Source of the DNA: the human T2T-CHM13v2.0 reference genome, Homo sapiens
Strand: one strand, 5' to 3'
DNA length: 64,000 bases
NCBI RefSeq assembly: GCF_009914755.1
Contig: NC_060929.1
The position numbers and the translations under genes are program-made. Each line of letters opens with the position of its first letter. The stretch's first letter is position 1. Under the pieces are notes generated by a model. The model made no database searches. It had not been told where the DNA came from and worked only from the letters and a program-made list of their open reading frames with translations. Below, piece after piece: positions 53,701 to 64,000 of this stretch.

Positions 53701-56500
53701 AATTTCTGACCAAAGTAGAATAAAACCAAAAATTAATAACATGAAAACTTTTTAAAATGTACAAATACATGGAAATTGAACATTAGGCTCTTGAACTAAT
53801 CAGCTAATGAGTTGATGAAAAAAATAAGAAGAAAATTAAGAAATTTTTGAGACAAAAGCAAATAGAAACACATATCCAAACATATGGGATAAAGGTAAAA
53901 CATTTCTAAGAGGGTAGTTTATAGCCATAAACACTGAGATCAAAAAACTATAAAGATATTGCATCTGCGGGAACTACTAAAACAAGAAAAACCAAACCCA
54001 AAATTAGTGGAATAAAGTAAGTACTCAAGACAAGAGTAGAAATAAATGAAATAGACATTAAAAAACAATCCAGAAAAATGAAAAAAATACAGTTGGGTTT
54101 TTGAAAACATAAATAAAACCTATAAATCATTAGCCAAACTAACCAAAAACAAACAAAAATAAATAAATAAATATAAGAAATGAAAAAAATGAGACATTAC
54201 AACTAATACTACAAAAATAAAAAAGGATCATTGGAGACTATTATAAACACATATATCCTAATAAATATGACAACTTAGAAAAAAAATAGATTAATTCCTG
54301 AACACCGAAAATCTACCAAAGTTGAATCATTCAGAAGTGGAAAATTTGTACAGACCTATGATGAATAACAAAAAGTTATTTTTTAATTAAATGTCCCACA
54401 TTTAATCAGTAACAAAAAGTTTCCCATCATACAAAAGCTCAAGAACAAATGATTTCACTGTTGAATTCTATCAAACCTTTAAATAACTAATATCAATTCC
54501 ACATAAAAATTCTGTAGCATTTCTGTATGCCACTAGCAAACCACATGTAAAAGAAATTGTGTAAGCTATTCCATTTCTAATAGTTACAAAAAATATACCT
54601 AAGAATAAATTAAACAAAGGAGTTGAAAGATCTCTACAATGAAAACTATAAAATACTGATGAGACAAATTGAGGAGGACACAAATAATTAAAATATCTTT
54701 CATGTTCATAAATTAGGAAAATTAATATTATAAAATTGTTTTTACTACACAAAGCTATCTACAGATTCAATGCAATCCTTATCAAAATACCACTGACATT
54801 CTGCAAAGAAAAATAATTTTTAAAAATTCTAAATTAAGTATGAAACCACAGAAGAACCTGAATGGCACAAACAACCTAAACAAAAAGAACAAAGCTAGAA
54901 ACATAACATTATCTGACTTGAAAATATATTATAAAACAATAGCAACCCAAACAGCATGGTACTGGCATTAAAATAGACACATAGACCAATGGAACAGAAT
55001 AGAGATTCCAGTACTAAATTTACAGATTTATATTCAACTCTGATTTTTGACAAAGGCATTAAAAACACATACTTGGGAAATGACAGTGTATTTAAAGGTT
55101 CTGGGAAACTCAATACATGCAGAACAATAAAACAATAAAACAATAAAACTAGGCCCCTCTTATTGTTTACTAAAGTCAACTAAAATGAATTAAATAACTA
55201 AATGTAAGATCACATACTATGAAATTACTCAGAAGAAAACATAGTGGAAATGCCTCATGACATTGGCTTGGGCAATGATTTTTTAAATAAGAAGTCAAAA
55301 AAAGAAAAGGCAACAAAAGCAAAAATAGGCAAATAGAATTACATATAACTAAAAACCTTCTACATGGCAAAGGAAACTATCAAGAGTTTCAAGACAATTT
55401 GCACCATTGAACCTACACATCTGGCCAAGTGTGAATACCCAGAATATATAAGAAACTCAAACAATTCAATAGAAATTTTTTTAAAAAATTGAATAATTTG
55501 ATTAAATAATGGACAAAACACCTAAATAGACATTTATCAAGGAAAACATACAAATGGCCAACAGGTATATGAAAATATGCAATATATTCAGTGTCACTAA
55601 TCATCAGGAAAATGCAAATCAAAATCACAATATAGCTCACTTAAGTTAGAATAAATTTTATCAAAAAGACAAAAAATAAAAAAAAAGCTGGTAAGGTTGT
55701 GGAGATAAGAGAACTCTTACGCACTGTTGGTGGGAATTAAATTAACACAGCCATTATGGGCATCAATACAGAAGTTCCTCAAAAATTAACAATAGAACTA
55801 CCATATGATCAAGCAAGTTCCCTACAGGGTATACATCCAAAGAAAGGAAATGAGTATGTCAAGGAGATATTAGTACTTCCATGTTTATTTCAACACTATT
55901 CACAATAGATAAAATATAGAATCAACAATAGTGCCCATGAATGGATGAATAAATTTCAAAAATGTAGTATATATACACAATTGAATACTATTCACTCATA
56001 AAAAGAATGAAATCTTGTCATTTGTGACAAGGTAGGGATACTATATTAAATGAAACAAGCAAAACACAGAAGAACGAGTTCCTCATGATCTCACTGATAC
56101 GTGGAATATCAAAAAATGACCTTATAGAAGGTTATTATATAACTAGAGAGTATAGTAGTGGTTATCAGGGCTAAAAAGCAGTGGAGGGGCTAGTTAGTCA
56201 ATTGGGACAAAGTTACAGTTAGATGGAATAAGTTTTGATGTTTGCAATAGGTTGAATATGGTGAACAATAATGTATTGTATATTTCAAAGTAGCTAGATG
56301 AGGGGTATTGAATGTTCTTATCACAAATAAATTCTAAATGTTTATGGTGATACATGCTAATTACCCTGATGTGGTTATTATGTATTGTATACATGTATGG
56401 CAGCATCACACAGTACCCCATAAATATGTTCAATTATTATGTGTCAATTAAGAATAACAGATATCTTAATAATAAAAATAATAAAACACAAAACAAAAAT
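50728..56500 (+). mobile_element. Near full-length decayed L1MA (L1MA3-5-like): 5' UTR, ORF1, ORF2 with internal deletion, 3' UTR
   Basis: GGAAGATGG start; ORF1 remnant (MTSSNEQN...DLSDKEFKIVILRKLNKLQENT); ORF2 from ~52978; 3' end CCCCATAAATATGTTCAATTATTATGTGTCAATTAA plus A tail. Confidence 0.93.
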
Positions 56501-56656
56501 AGATTAAAAATCCCTCCCCAGCTATGATCTTTGTGATTGATTCTCTTTTACTATTCTAGAAAATGTTTTTTAAAAACAGCTTCTATATCCTAACCTATCA
56601 ATTATTCTTTTACACTTTCTCAGCTGGCTTCTACACTTAAAACTTCATCATTACTT

Positions 56657-57008
56657 GTATTATTCCATTTTCACACTGAAACTGGATAATTTTTTTTAAA
56701 AAGAGGTTTCATTGACTCAGTTTTACATAGCTGAGGAAGCCTCAGGAGACTTACAATTATGGTGGAAGGTGAAGGGGAAGCACTCACCTTCTCGACAAAT
56801 TGGCAGGAGAGAGAGAGAGCATGAGCAAAGGGGAACTGCCACTCTTTTAAGACCATTGGACCTCGTGAGAATTCACTCACTATTATGAGAACAGCATGGG
56901 GAAACTGCCCCCATAATCCAGTCACCTCCCACCAGGTCCCTCTCTCAACACATGGAGATTATAACTCATGATGAGATTTGGGTGGGGACACAGAGCCAGA
57001 CCACATCA
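56657..57008 (-). mobile_element. THE1D/MSTA-like MaLR solo LTR
   Basis: TGTATTATTCCATTTTCACAC...GAGAACAGCATGGGGAAACTGCCCCCAT...GAGATTTGGGTGGGGACACAGAGCCAGACCACATCA. Confidence 0.9.
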
Positions 57009-57348
57009 TCTCTATTTTGCTAAAATTGCGATGTTGCTAACTGAAATGGAACTTATAATGAGAATTCTCTTCAATTTGACACACAGTTGATATCTTATTT
57101 CCTCATAATTATTTTCCCTTTAAATATGTGGCATCATTTGTGCCTAGTTTATCTCTGCATCTCTGATATCATATTAATCCTGTCCTTTATAATATTTAAC
57201 AAGCTAGGTCTAAAATGAAACTGTTATTCTTATCTAAAACGGGATCCTTTTTAAATATTTCCCACATTAGTAAATGGGATCACTATTGCCCCCAAAATTT
57301 GCATAATTATTTCATTTTCTTGCTCTTCTAAATACACAAACGCACACA

Positions 57349-58619
57349 TGAAAGTACCTTAAAAAGTCTGTGGAAAATGGAATTAAAGTAAAAAAAACAG
57401 TGTTATTTTTCAATAAATTCCTTCAAGTTCAAGACACTTTTGTAAGTGATGATACTGGCTCTTTAGTCCGTACCGAAAGACCTGAGAGTCCTGGGAATTT
57501 AAACATGTAAATATAGTGTTTTTTTACACTATTAACTGAAGGAAAATGGGCGGTCTTCATAGAATTTTTTAAGATTAGGAAACAAAAATGTCAGAAGGAG
57601 GCAAATCAGAACTGCAAGGTGAATGTAGCCTAATATTTTCCATCAAAACTCTAAAATAACTGCCCTTTTTTGATGGGAGGAATGAGCAAGAGCATTGTCC
57701 TGGTGGAAAAGACTCTCTGGTAAAACTTTCCTGGTTGTTTTCCTGCTAAATCGTTGGTTAACATTCTCAAAACACTTTCATAATGAACAGATGTTATTGT
57801 TCTTTGGAGCTCCAGCAAGTCAACAAACAAAATGCTTTGAGTGTCCCAAGAAACTGTTGCCATGAGCTATGCTCTTGACCAGTCTACATTTGCTTTGACT
57901 GGACCACTTCCACCTCTTGGTAGCCATTGCTTTGGATGTGCTTTCTCTTCAGAATCATACTGATAAAGCCATGTTTCATCCCCTGTTGCACTTCTTTCAA
58001 AAATTGCTTCAGAATCTTAACCTCACTTGTTTAAAACTTTCATTGAAAGCTCTTCTTTTTTTCTGAAGCTGTTATGGGCACAACAGTTAGGGCACCCATC
58101 GAATAGCAAGTTTGTTCAACTCTAATTTTTCAGTCACAGTTGTGCTGAACCAATTGAGATAACTATAATGATGGCTATTGTTTCCATTGTTAATCACCAT
58201 TCCCTTTCAATTAGGTCACAAACAATATTATTTTTTTTCCTTGAAAATTCATATGAATTATCTGCTGCTGTGGGATTTATCTTCAACATCATGTCTTAAA
58301 ATGAGTTATCTATTTGTAAACTGTTGATTTCTTTTGAGTACTTTCCCTATAAACTTTGTAGAAAGCATCAATGATTTCACCATTCTTCCCCCCAATCTTC
58401 ACAATAAGTTTGATTTTTTTTGTTGCTTCAATTTAGCACAATTCATGTTGCTCTAATAGGGGCTTTTTTCAAACTGATGTCTTTTTCATTTTGGTGTCTG
58501 AAACTAGATCCTGTTGAGATGTAACAAATTCATATAATTTAGTTTCAAAAAAGTTGAAAGTCATGCATAGATTTTTAAATAAAACATAAATTTTCCATTA
58601 ATATTTTGAAGACCTATCA
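57349..58619 (-). mobile_element. Near full-length HSMAR2 mariner transposon with decayed transposase
   Basis: Terminal inverted repeats (AAAAAGTCTGTGGAAAAT / ATTTTCCATTAATATTTTGAAGACC); track ORF 57651-57863 MATVSWDTQSILFVDLLELQRTITSVHYESVLR matches the mariner transposase core. Confidence 0.9.
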
Positions 58620-58844
58620 TGTATATATGGTACATATACATATATAGTTATATATGCAAATACAAATTCCAGAAGCACTTACTGACCTTCAACTATTTGT
58701 CAAGCAGTATTTTAGAGAGTAAAAGGAACAGTTTAGGACTGCTGAGGACAGCTTGTATATGCATGTGCTGAAAAGAATAAGATAAAATAAATATATAATA
58801 ATTAATATATCATAGTGATATATAATGATGTAATGATATAAAAT

Positions 58845-61505
58845 AACAGGCAATAAAAAATAGAAAATTGAGACTACATTAAACTAAAAGGCTTTTACTC
58901 AGCAAAGGGAATGATATGGTTTGGCTCTGTGCCCACCCATATCTCATCTTGAATTCTCACATGTGGGAGGGACCTGGGGGGAGGTAATTGAATCATAGAG
59001 GCAGGTCTTTCTCATGTTGTAGTTGAAATAGTAAGTCTCCTGAGATCTGATGGTTATATAAGGGGGAGTTCCTCTGCACAAGCTCTCTGCCTGCTGCCAT
59101 CCATGTAAGATTTGACTTTCTTCTCCTTGCCTTTCACCTTCTGCCATGATTGTGAGGCTCCTCCAGCCATGTGGAACTGTAAGTCCAATAAACCTCTTTT
59201 TTTTTTTTTTTTTTTTTGTAAATTACCCAGTTTTGGGTATGTCTTTATCAGCAGCATGAAAATGGACTAATATAGTAAATTAAACTGGTAGAGTAAAACA
59301 GGTAGAATGGAGTGTGGATGGAAAGATACTTGAAAATGTGGAAATGACTTTGAAACTTGGAAACAGGGAGAGGTTGGAACAGTTTGTAGGGCTCAGAAGA
59401 AGACAGGAAAATGTGGGGAAGTTTGGAACTCCATAGAGACTTGTTGAACGGCTTTGACCAAAGGGCTGATAATCATATGGACAACAAAATCCAGGCCGAG
59501 GTGTTCTCAGATGAAGATGGCGAACTTGTTGGGAACTGTAGCCAAGTCGACACTTGTTGTGTTTCAGCAAAGAGACTGGTGACATTTTGTCCCTGCCTTA
59601 GAGATTGGTGGAACTTTGAACTTGAGAGAGATGATTTAGGGTATCTGGTGGAAGAAGTTTCTAAGCAGCAAATCATTCAAGAGGTGACTTTGGTGCTATT
59701 AAAGGTATTCAGGTTCATAAGGGAATCAGAGCATAAGAGTTTGGATAATTGGCAGCCTGACAATGCAAAAGAAAGAAAATCCCATTTTCTGAGGAGAAAT
59801 TCAAGCCTACTGCAGAAATTTGCATAAATAACGAGGAGCTGAATGTTAATCTCCAAGACAGTGGAGAAAATGTCTCCTGGGCATGTCAGAGGTTTTCATG
59901 GCAGCCCCTCCAATCACAGGCCCTGAGGCCTAGGAGGCAAAAGTGGTTTTGTGGGCTGGGCCCAGGGTCCCTGTGCTGTGTGCAGCCGAGGGACTTGGTG
60001 CTCTGCGTCCCAGCCACTCCAGCTGTGGCTGAAAGGTGCCAATGTAGAGCTTGGGCTGTGACTTCAGAGGTTGCAGGTCTCAAGTCTTGGCAGCTTCCAT
60101 GTGGTGAGAGCCTGCCAGTGCACAGAATTCAAGAATTGGGGTTTGGGAACCACTGCCTAGATTTCAGAGGATGTATGGGAACGCCTGGATGTCTAGGCAG
60201 ACGTTTGCTGCAGTGGAGGGACTGTCATGGCGAACCTCTCTTAGGGCAGTGGGGAAGGGAAATGTGAGGTCAGAGCCCCCACACAGAGTCCCTAGTGGAG
60301 CTTTGAGGAGAGGGCCACCATCCTCCAGACCCCAGAATGGTAGATCCACCTACAGCTTGCACTGTGAGCCTGGGAAAGCTGTAGAAACTCAACGCCAGCC
60401 TGTAAAAGCAGCTGGGAGGGAGGCTGTCTCCTGCAAAGCCACAGGGTGGAGCTGCCCAAGACCATGGGAACCCACCTCTTGCATCAGTGGGATGTTTATT
60501 TGAGACATGGGAGTTAAAGGAGATCATTTTGGAGCTTTAAGATTTGACTGCCCTACTGGATTTCTGACTTGCTTGGGGTCTGAAGCCCCTTTATTTTGGC
60601 CCATTTCTCCCGTTTGGAATGGCTGTATTTACCCAATGCCTGTACCCCCATTGTATCTAGGAAGTAACTAACATGCTTTTTATTTTACAGGCTCATCATC
60701 AGAGGACATTTGCCTTGTCTCAGATGAAACTTTGGACTGTGGACTTTTGAGATAATGCTGAAATGAGTTAAGACTTTGGGGGACTGGAGGGAAAGCATGA
60801 TTGGTTTTGAAACGTGGGGACATGAGATATGGGAGGGACCAGGGGTGGAATGATATGATTTGGCTGTGTCCCAATCCAAATTTCATCTTGAATTTCCTCA
60901 TGTTGTGGGAGGGACATGTTGTGGGAGGGACCTGGTGGGAGGTAATTGAATCATGGGGGCAGGTCTTTCCTATGCTGTTCTCATGGAAGTGGATAAGTTT
61001 CACAAAATCTGATGATTCTATAAGGGGGAGTTTCCCTGCACAACTCTCTCTTTCCCTGCCACCATCCATGTAAGACATGACTTGCTCCTCCTTGCCTTTC
61101 ACCTTATGCCATGATTGTGAGCCCCCTCCCCCAGCCATGTGGAATTGTTAAGTCCCATAAACCTCTTTTTTTTTTTTTTGTAAATTGCCCAATCTCAGGT
61201 ATGTCTGTATCAGCAGTAGAAAATAGACTAATACAGGGAAAAATTGTCAAAGTGAAGATGCAATCTGCAAAATGAGAAGAAATATTTTAAAACTATTCAT
61301 CTGACAAGGGACAAATATTTAGAATATACTAGGAATTCAAATAACTGTAGAGCAAAGAAACCAAATAATATTAATAATATTAATAAGTGAGCAAAGGATC
61401 TGAATAGACATTTCTCAAAAAAAGACTTATGGGTGGCCAACATATAATAAAAAATGCTCCACATCACTAATCAGCAGGGAAACACAAATTGAAACTGCAA
61501 TGAGA
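58845..61505 (+). mobile_element. L1 ORF2 fragment (58845-58911 and 61236-61505) split by the THE1B provirus
   Basis: GACTACATTAAACTAAAAGGCTT...CAGCAAAGGGAA continues after THE1 as ...AACTATTCATCTGACAAGGGA...GAATAGACATTTCTCAAAA. Confidence 0.85.
58912..61235 (+). mobile_element. Full-length THE1B MaLR element: 5' LTR 58912-59274, internal 59275-60850, 3' LTR 60851-61235
   Basis: Two direct LTRs starting TGATATG(G/A)TTTGGCT; THE1-int ORF remnants (MWGSLELHRDLLNGFDQ...FELERDDLGYLVEEVSKQQ); polypurine tract; perfect 5-bp TSD GGGAA. Confidence 0.96.
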
Positions 61506-61789
61506 AATTGAAATATTCCAGTATTGAAATAATATTAGTCTGTATCCCATTAATGTGTTTAATTATTATATATTATTATATGTTGACTAAAAATTGAAGG
61601 AAAGAATACGATATCATTAGTAGCGTGATTGCAAATTATAACTATTATATATAGTTTTGTCAATCAGTCCAAAATATCTGTGTATGTGTTTGTGTGTATG
61701 CCACATTAAATATATATGTGGTATAAATTCAAAGGTATGTGTATATGTATATATGTATGGGTTTACAACTAATTTATGTATTTAGTACT

Positions 61790-61928
61790 AATTTATTTCC
61801 CACTCTAACCATATGAGATAAAATTTTCTACATTTATGGAAAGTTAATGCGTTAAGTTAAAAGTGACTTTCCCAAAGTCACATTTTTGTAAATGACAGAG
61901 CTTGGATTCAAGGAGCCATCTGACTCAA
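61790..61928 (-). mobile_element. MIR relic
   Basis: AAGTGACTTTCCCAAAGTCACA...GTAAATGACAGAGCTTGGATTCAA...TCTGACTC. Confidence 0.65.
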
Positions 61929-62024
61929 TAGCATAACAAAGGTAAGATAATAAGACAAAGGTTGGATAATGACAACAATCTTCATCTGGGTGCAGAAACT
62001 AAGGAGATGCATTGTCTGTATATA

Positions 62025-63875
62025 TTTTTTAATTTTAACTTTTATTTTAGATTCAGGTGCTACATATGCAGGTTTGTTACATGGGTGTGCTGTGTGATAC
62101 TGAGGTCCGCAGTATCATTGATCCTGTCACACAGATAGTAAGCATAGTACCCAATGGGTAGTTTTTCAATCCTAGTCCATTTTCCTTTCTCTCCTTGTAG
62201 TTTCCAGTGTCTATTCCCACTTTTATGTCCATGCCTACCTAGTGTTTAGCTCCCACATCTCAGTGAGAACACGCTATATTTGGCTTTCTGTTGCTGTGTT
62301 TATTTGCTTTGGATAATGGCCTCCAGCTGCATCCATGTTGTTGCAAATACTTAAGTTAGTTATTTTTCAATGGATGTGTAGTATTCCATAGTTTATATAT
62401 ACCACATTTTCTTTATCCAAACCAGCATTATATGTCTTTTGGGTAGAATGACTTATTTTCCTTTGGGTGCATACCCAGTAATGACAATGCTGGGTCAAAT
62501 GATAGTTCTATTTTAATTTCTTTTGGGAATCTTCAAAATGCTTTTCACAGTGGCTGAACTAATTTACATTCCCACCAACAGCGTATGAGCATTTCCATTT
62601 CTCTGCAGCCTTGCAAACATCTGTTTTTTTGTCTTTATGATAAGAGCCATTCTGATTGCTATGAGATGGTATCTCCTGGTGGTTTTGATTTGTATTTCTC
62701 TGATGATTAAGAATGTGGAGCATTTTTTTCATATATTCTTGGCTGCTTGTATGTCTTTTTTTTTTTTTTTTTTTTTTTTGCACATTTTCTGTTCAGGTCC
62801 TTTGCCCCTTTTTAATGGGGTTATTCATGTTTTGCAAGGCCAATGTGTAGAATGGTATTTCCTATGTTATCTTCTAGGATTTTTATAATTTTAGATCTTA
62901 CCATTATATCTTTCATTCATATTAAAGAATATAATTTGTATATAAAAAAATTTGTATATGGTAAAATTGAAGGGTCCAGTTTATTTCTTCTGCATATGGC
63001 TAGTCAGTATCCCATCACCATTTATTAAATCGGGAGGTTTTTCTTCATTGCTTATTTTTGTTGACTTTGTCCAAAGATCAGATGGTTATAGGTATATGGC
63101 TTTATTTCTGGAAGCTCTATTCTGTTCCATCAGCCTATGTGTCTATTTTTGTAGCAATACCATGCTCCTTTGATTATTTGTAACATTTGGTAGTGTACTT
63201 TGAAGTTGGGTAATGTGATGCCTCCAGCTTTGTTCTTTTTGCTTTGAATTGCTTTGGTTATTCAGGCACTTTTTTATTTCTATATGAATGTTATAATAGT
63301 TTTGTATAATTCTGTGAAATATGATATTGGTAGTTTGATAAGAATCACACTGAATCTATAGATTTCTTTGGGCAGTATGGCCAATTTAACAATATTGATT
63401 TTTTCTTTTTTTTTTTTTTTGAGATGGAGTCTCGCTCTGTCGCCCAGGCTGGAGTGCAGTGGCGCAATCTCAGCTCACTGGAAGCTCTGCCTCCCAGGTT
63501 CATGCCATTCTCCTGCCTCAGCCTCCTGAGTAGCTGGGACTACAGGTGCCCGCCATGACGCTTGGCTAATTTTTTTTGTATTTTTAGTAGAGATGGGGTT
63601 TCACCGTGTTATCCAGGATAGTCTCGATCTCCTGACCTCATGATCTGCCTGCCTCGGCCTCCCAAAGTGCTGGGATTACAGGCGTGAGCCACCTCGCCCA
63701 GCCAAAAATATTCTTTTAATCCATGAGCATAAAATGTTTTTCCATTTGTTTGTGTAATCTATGATTTACTTGAACAGTGTTTTGACTATTCCTTGTAGAG
63801 ATTTCTCACTCCCCTGGTTAGACATTTTCCTAGTTATTTTATTTTTGTGTGTGGTTATTGTAAATGGGATTGCAA
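62025..63875 (-). mobile_element. L1PA15/16-like 3' portion containing an AluY
   Basis: T-rich tail, ACATATGCAGGTTTGTTACATGGGT 3' UTR, antisense ORF2 homology. Confidence 0.92.
63399..63703 (-). mobile_element. AluY
   Basis: GGAAGCTCTGCC...TTCATGCCATTCTCC...CCAGGATAGTCTCGATCTCC diagnostics. Confidence 0.96.
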
Positions 63876-64000
63876 TTTTTTTATTTTTTATTTCTGTAAG
63901 TTATTGGGGAACAGGTGTTGTTTTCTTGCATGAGTTAGTTCTTTAGTGGTGATTTGTGAGATTTTGATGCACCCATCACCCAAACAGCAAACACTGCACT
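63876..64000 (-). mobile_element. L1PB1-like 3' end, running off the window
   Basis: GTTATTGGGGAACAGGTG...GTTCTTTAGTGGTGATTTGTGAGATTTTGATGCACCCATCACC. Confidence 0.88.

Noticed and set aside
59411-61138. Cluster of overlapping 60-150-aa ORFs in a GC-richer region
   Set aside because: THE1-int and LTR sequence; fragmented MaLR ORF remnants
59150-61145. PRDM9 hotspot motif (CCTCCCTAGCCAC / CCnCCnTnnCCnC) known from THE1B
   Set aside because: Neither LTR matches: the 5' LTR has CTCCTCCAGCCAT and the 3' LTR has CCCCCTCCCCCAGCCAT

Overview
Primate (human-like) AT-rich, L1-dense nuclear DNA with no intact protein-coding gene, RNA gene or CpG island that I can support. Almost every ORF in the track is an Alu, L1, MaLR or mariner translation artefact. 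The window holds about 14 Alu/FLAM elements, a dozen L1 copies from old L1M to young L1PA2, several solo LTRs (ERV1/MER4-type, MLT1, MLT2A, MSTB, THE1D), a full-length THE1B provirus, a near full-length HSMAR2 mariner, and Tigger3, MER3, MER33, MER58 and MIR relics. The only gene-derived sequence is a UBL5 processed pseudogene (16749-18237), split by a MER4-type LTR and an AluJ. The most unusual structures cluster at 16.5-20.8 kb: the pseudogene carries a junction-created 86-aa ORF, a 135-bp fold-back inverted duplication crosses an MLT2A LTR edge, and an L1PA has collapsed to 1.6 kb through two microhomology deletions. Two twin-primed (5'-inverted) L1s are also present. I see no convincing new biological system. 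Repeat subfamily names come from recalled consensus sequences and need confirming with RepeatMasker/Dfam.
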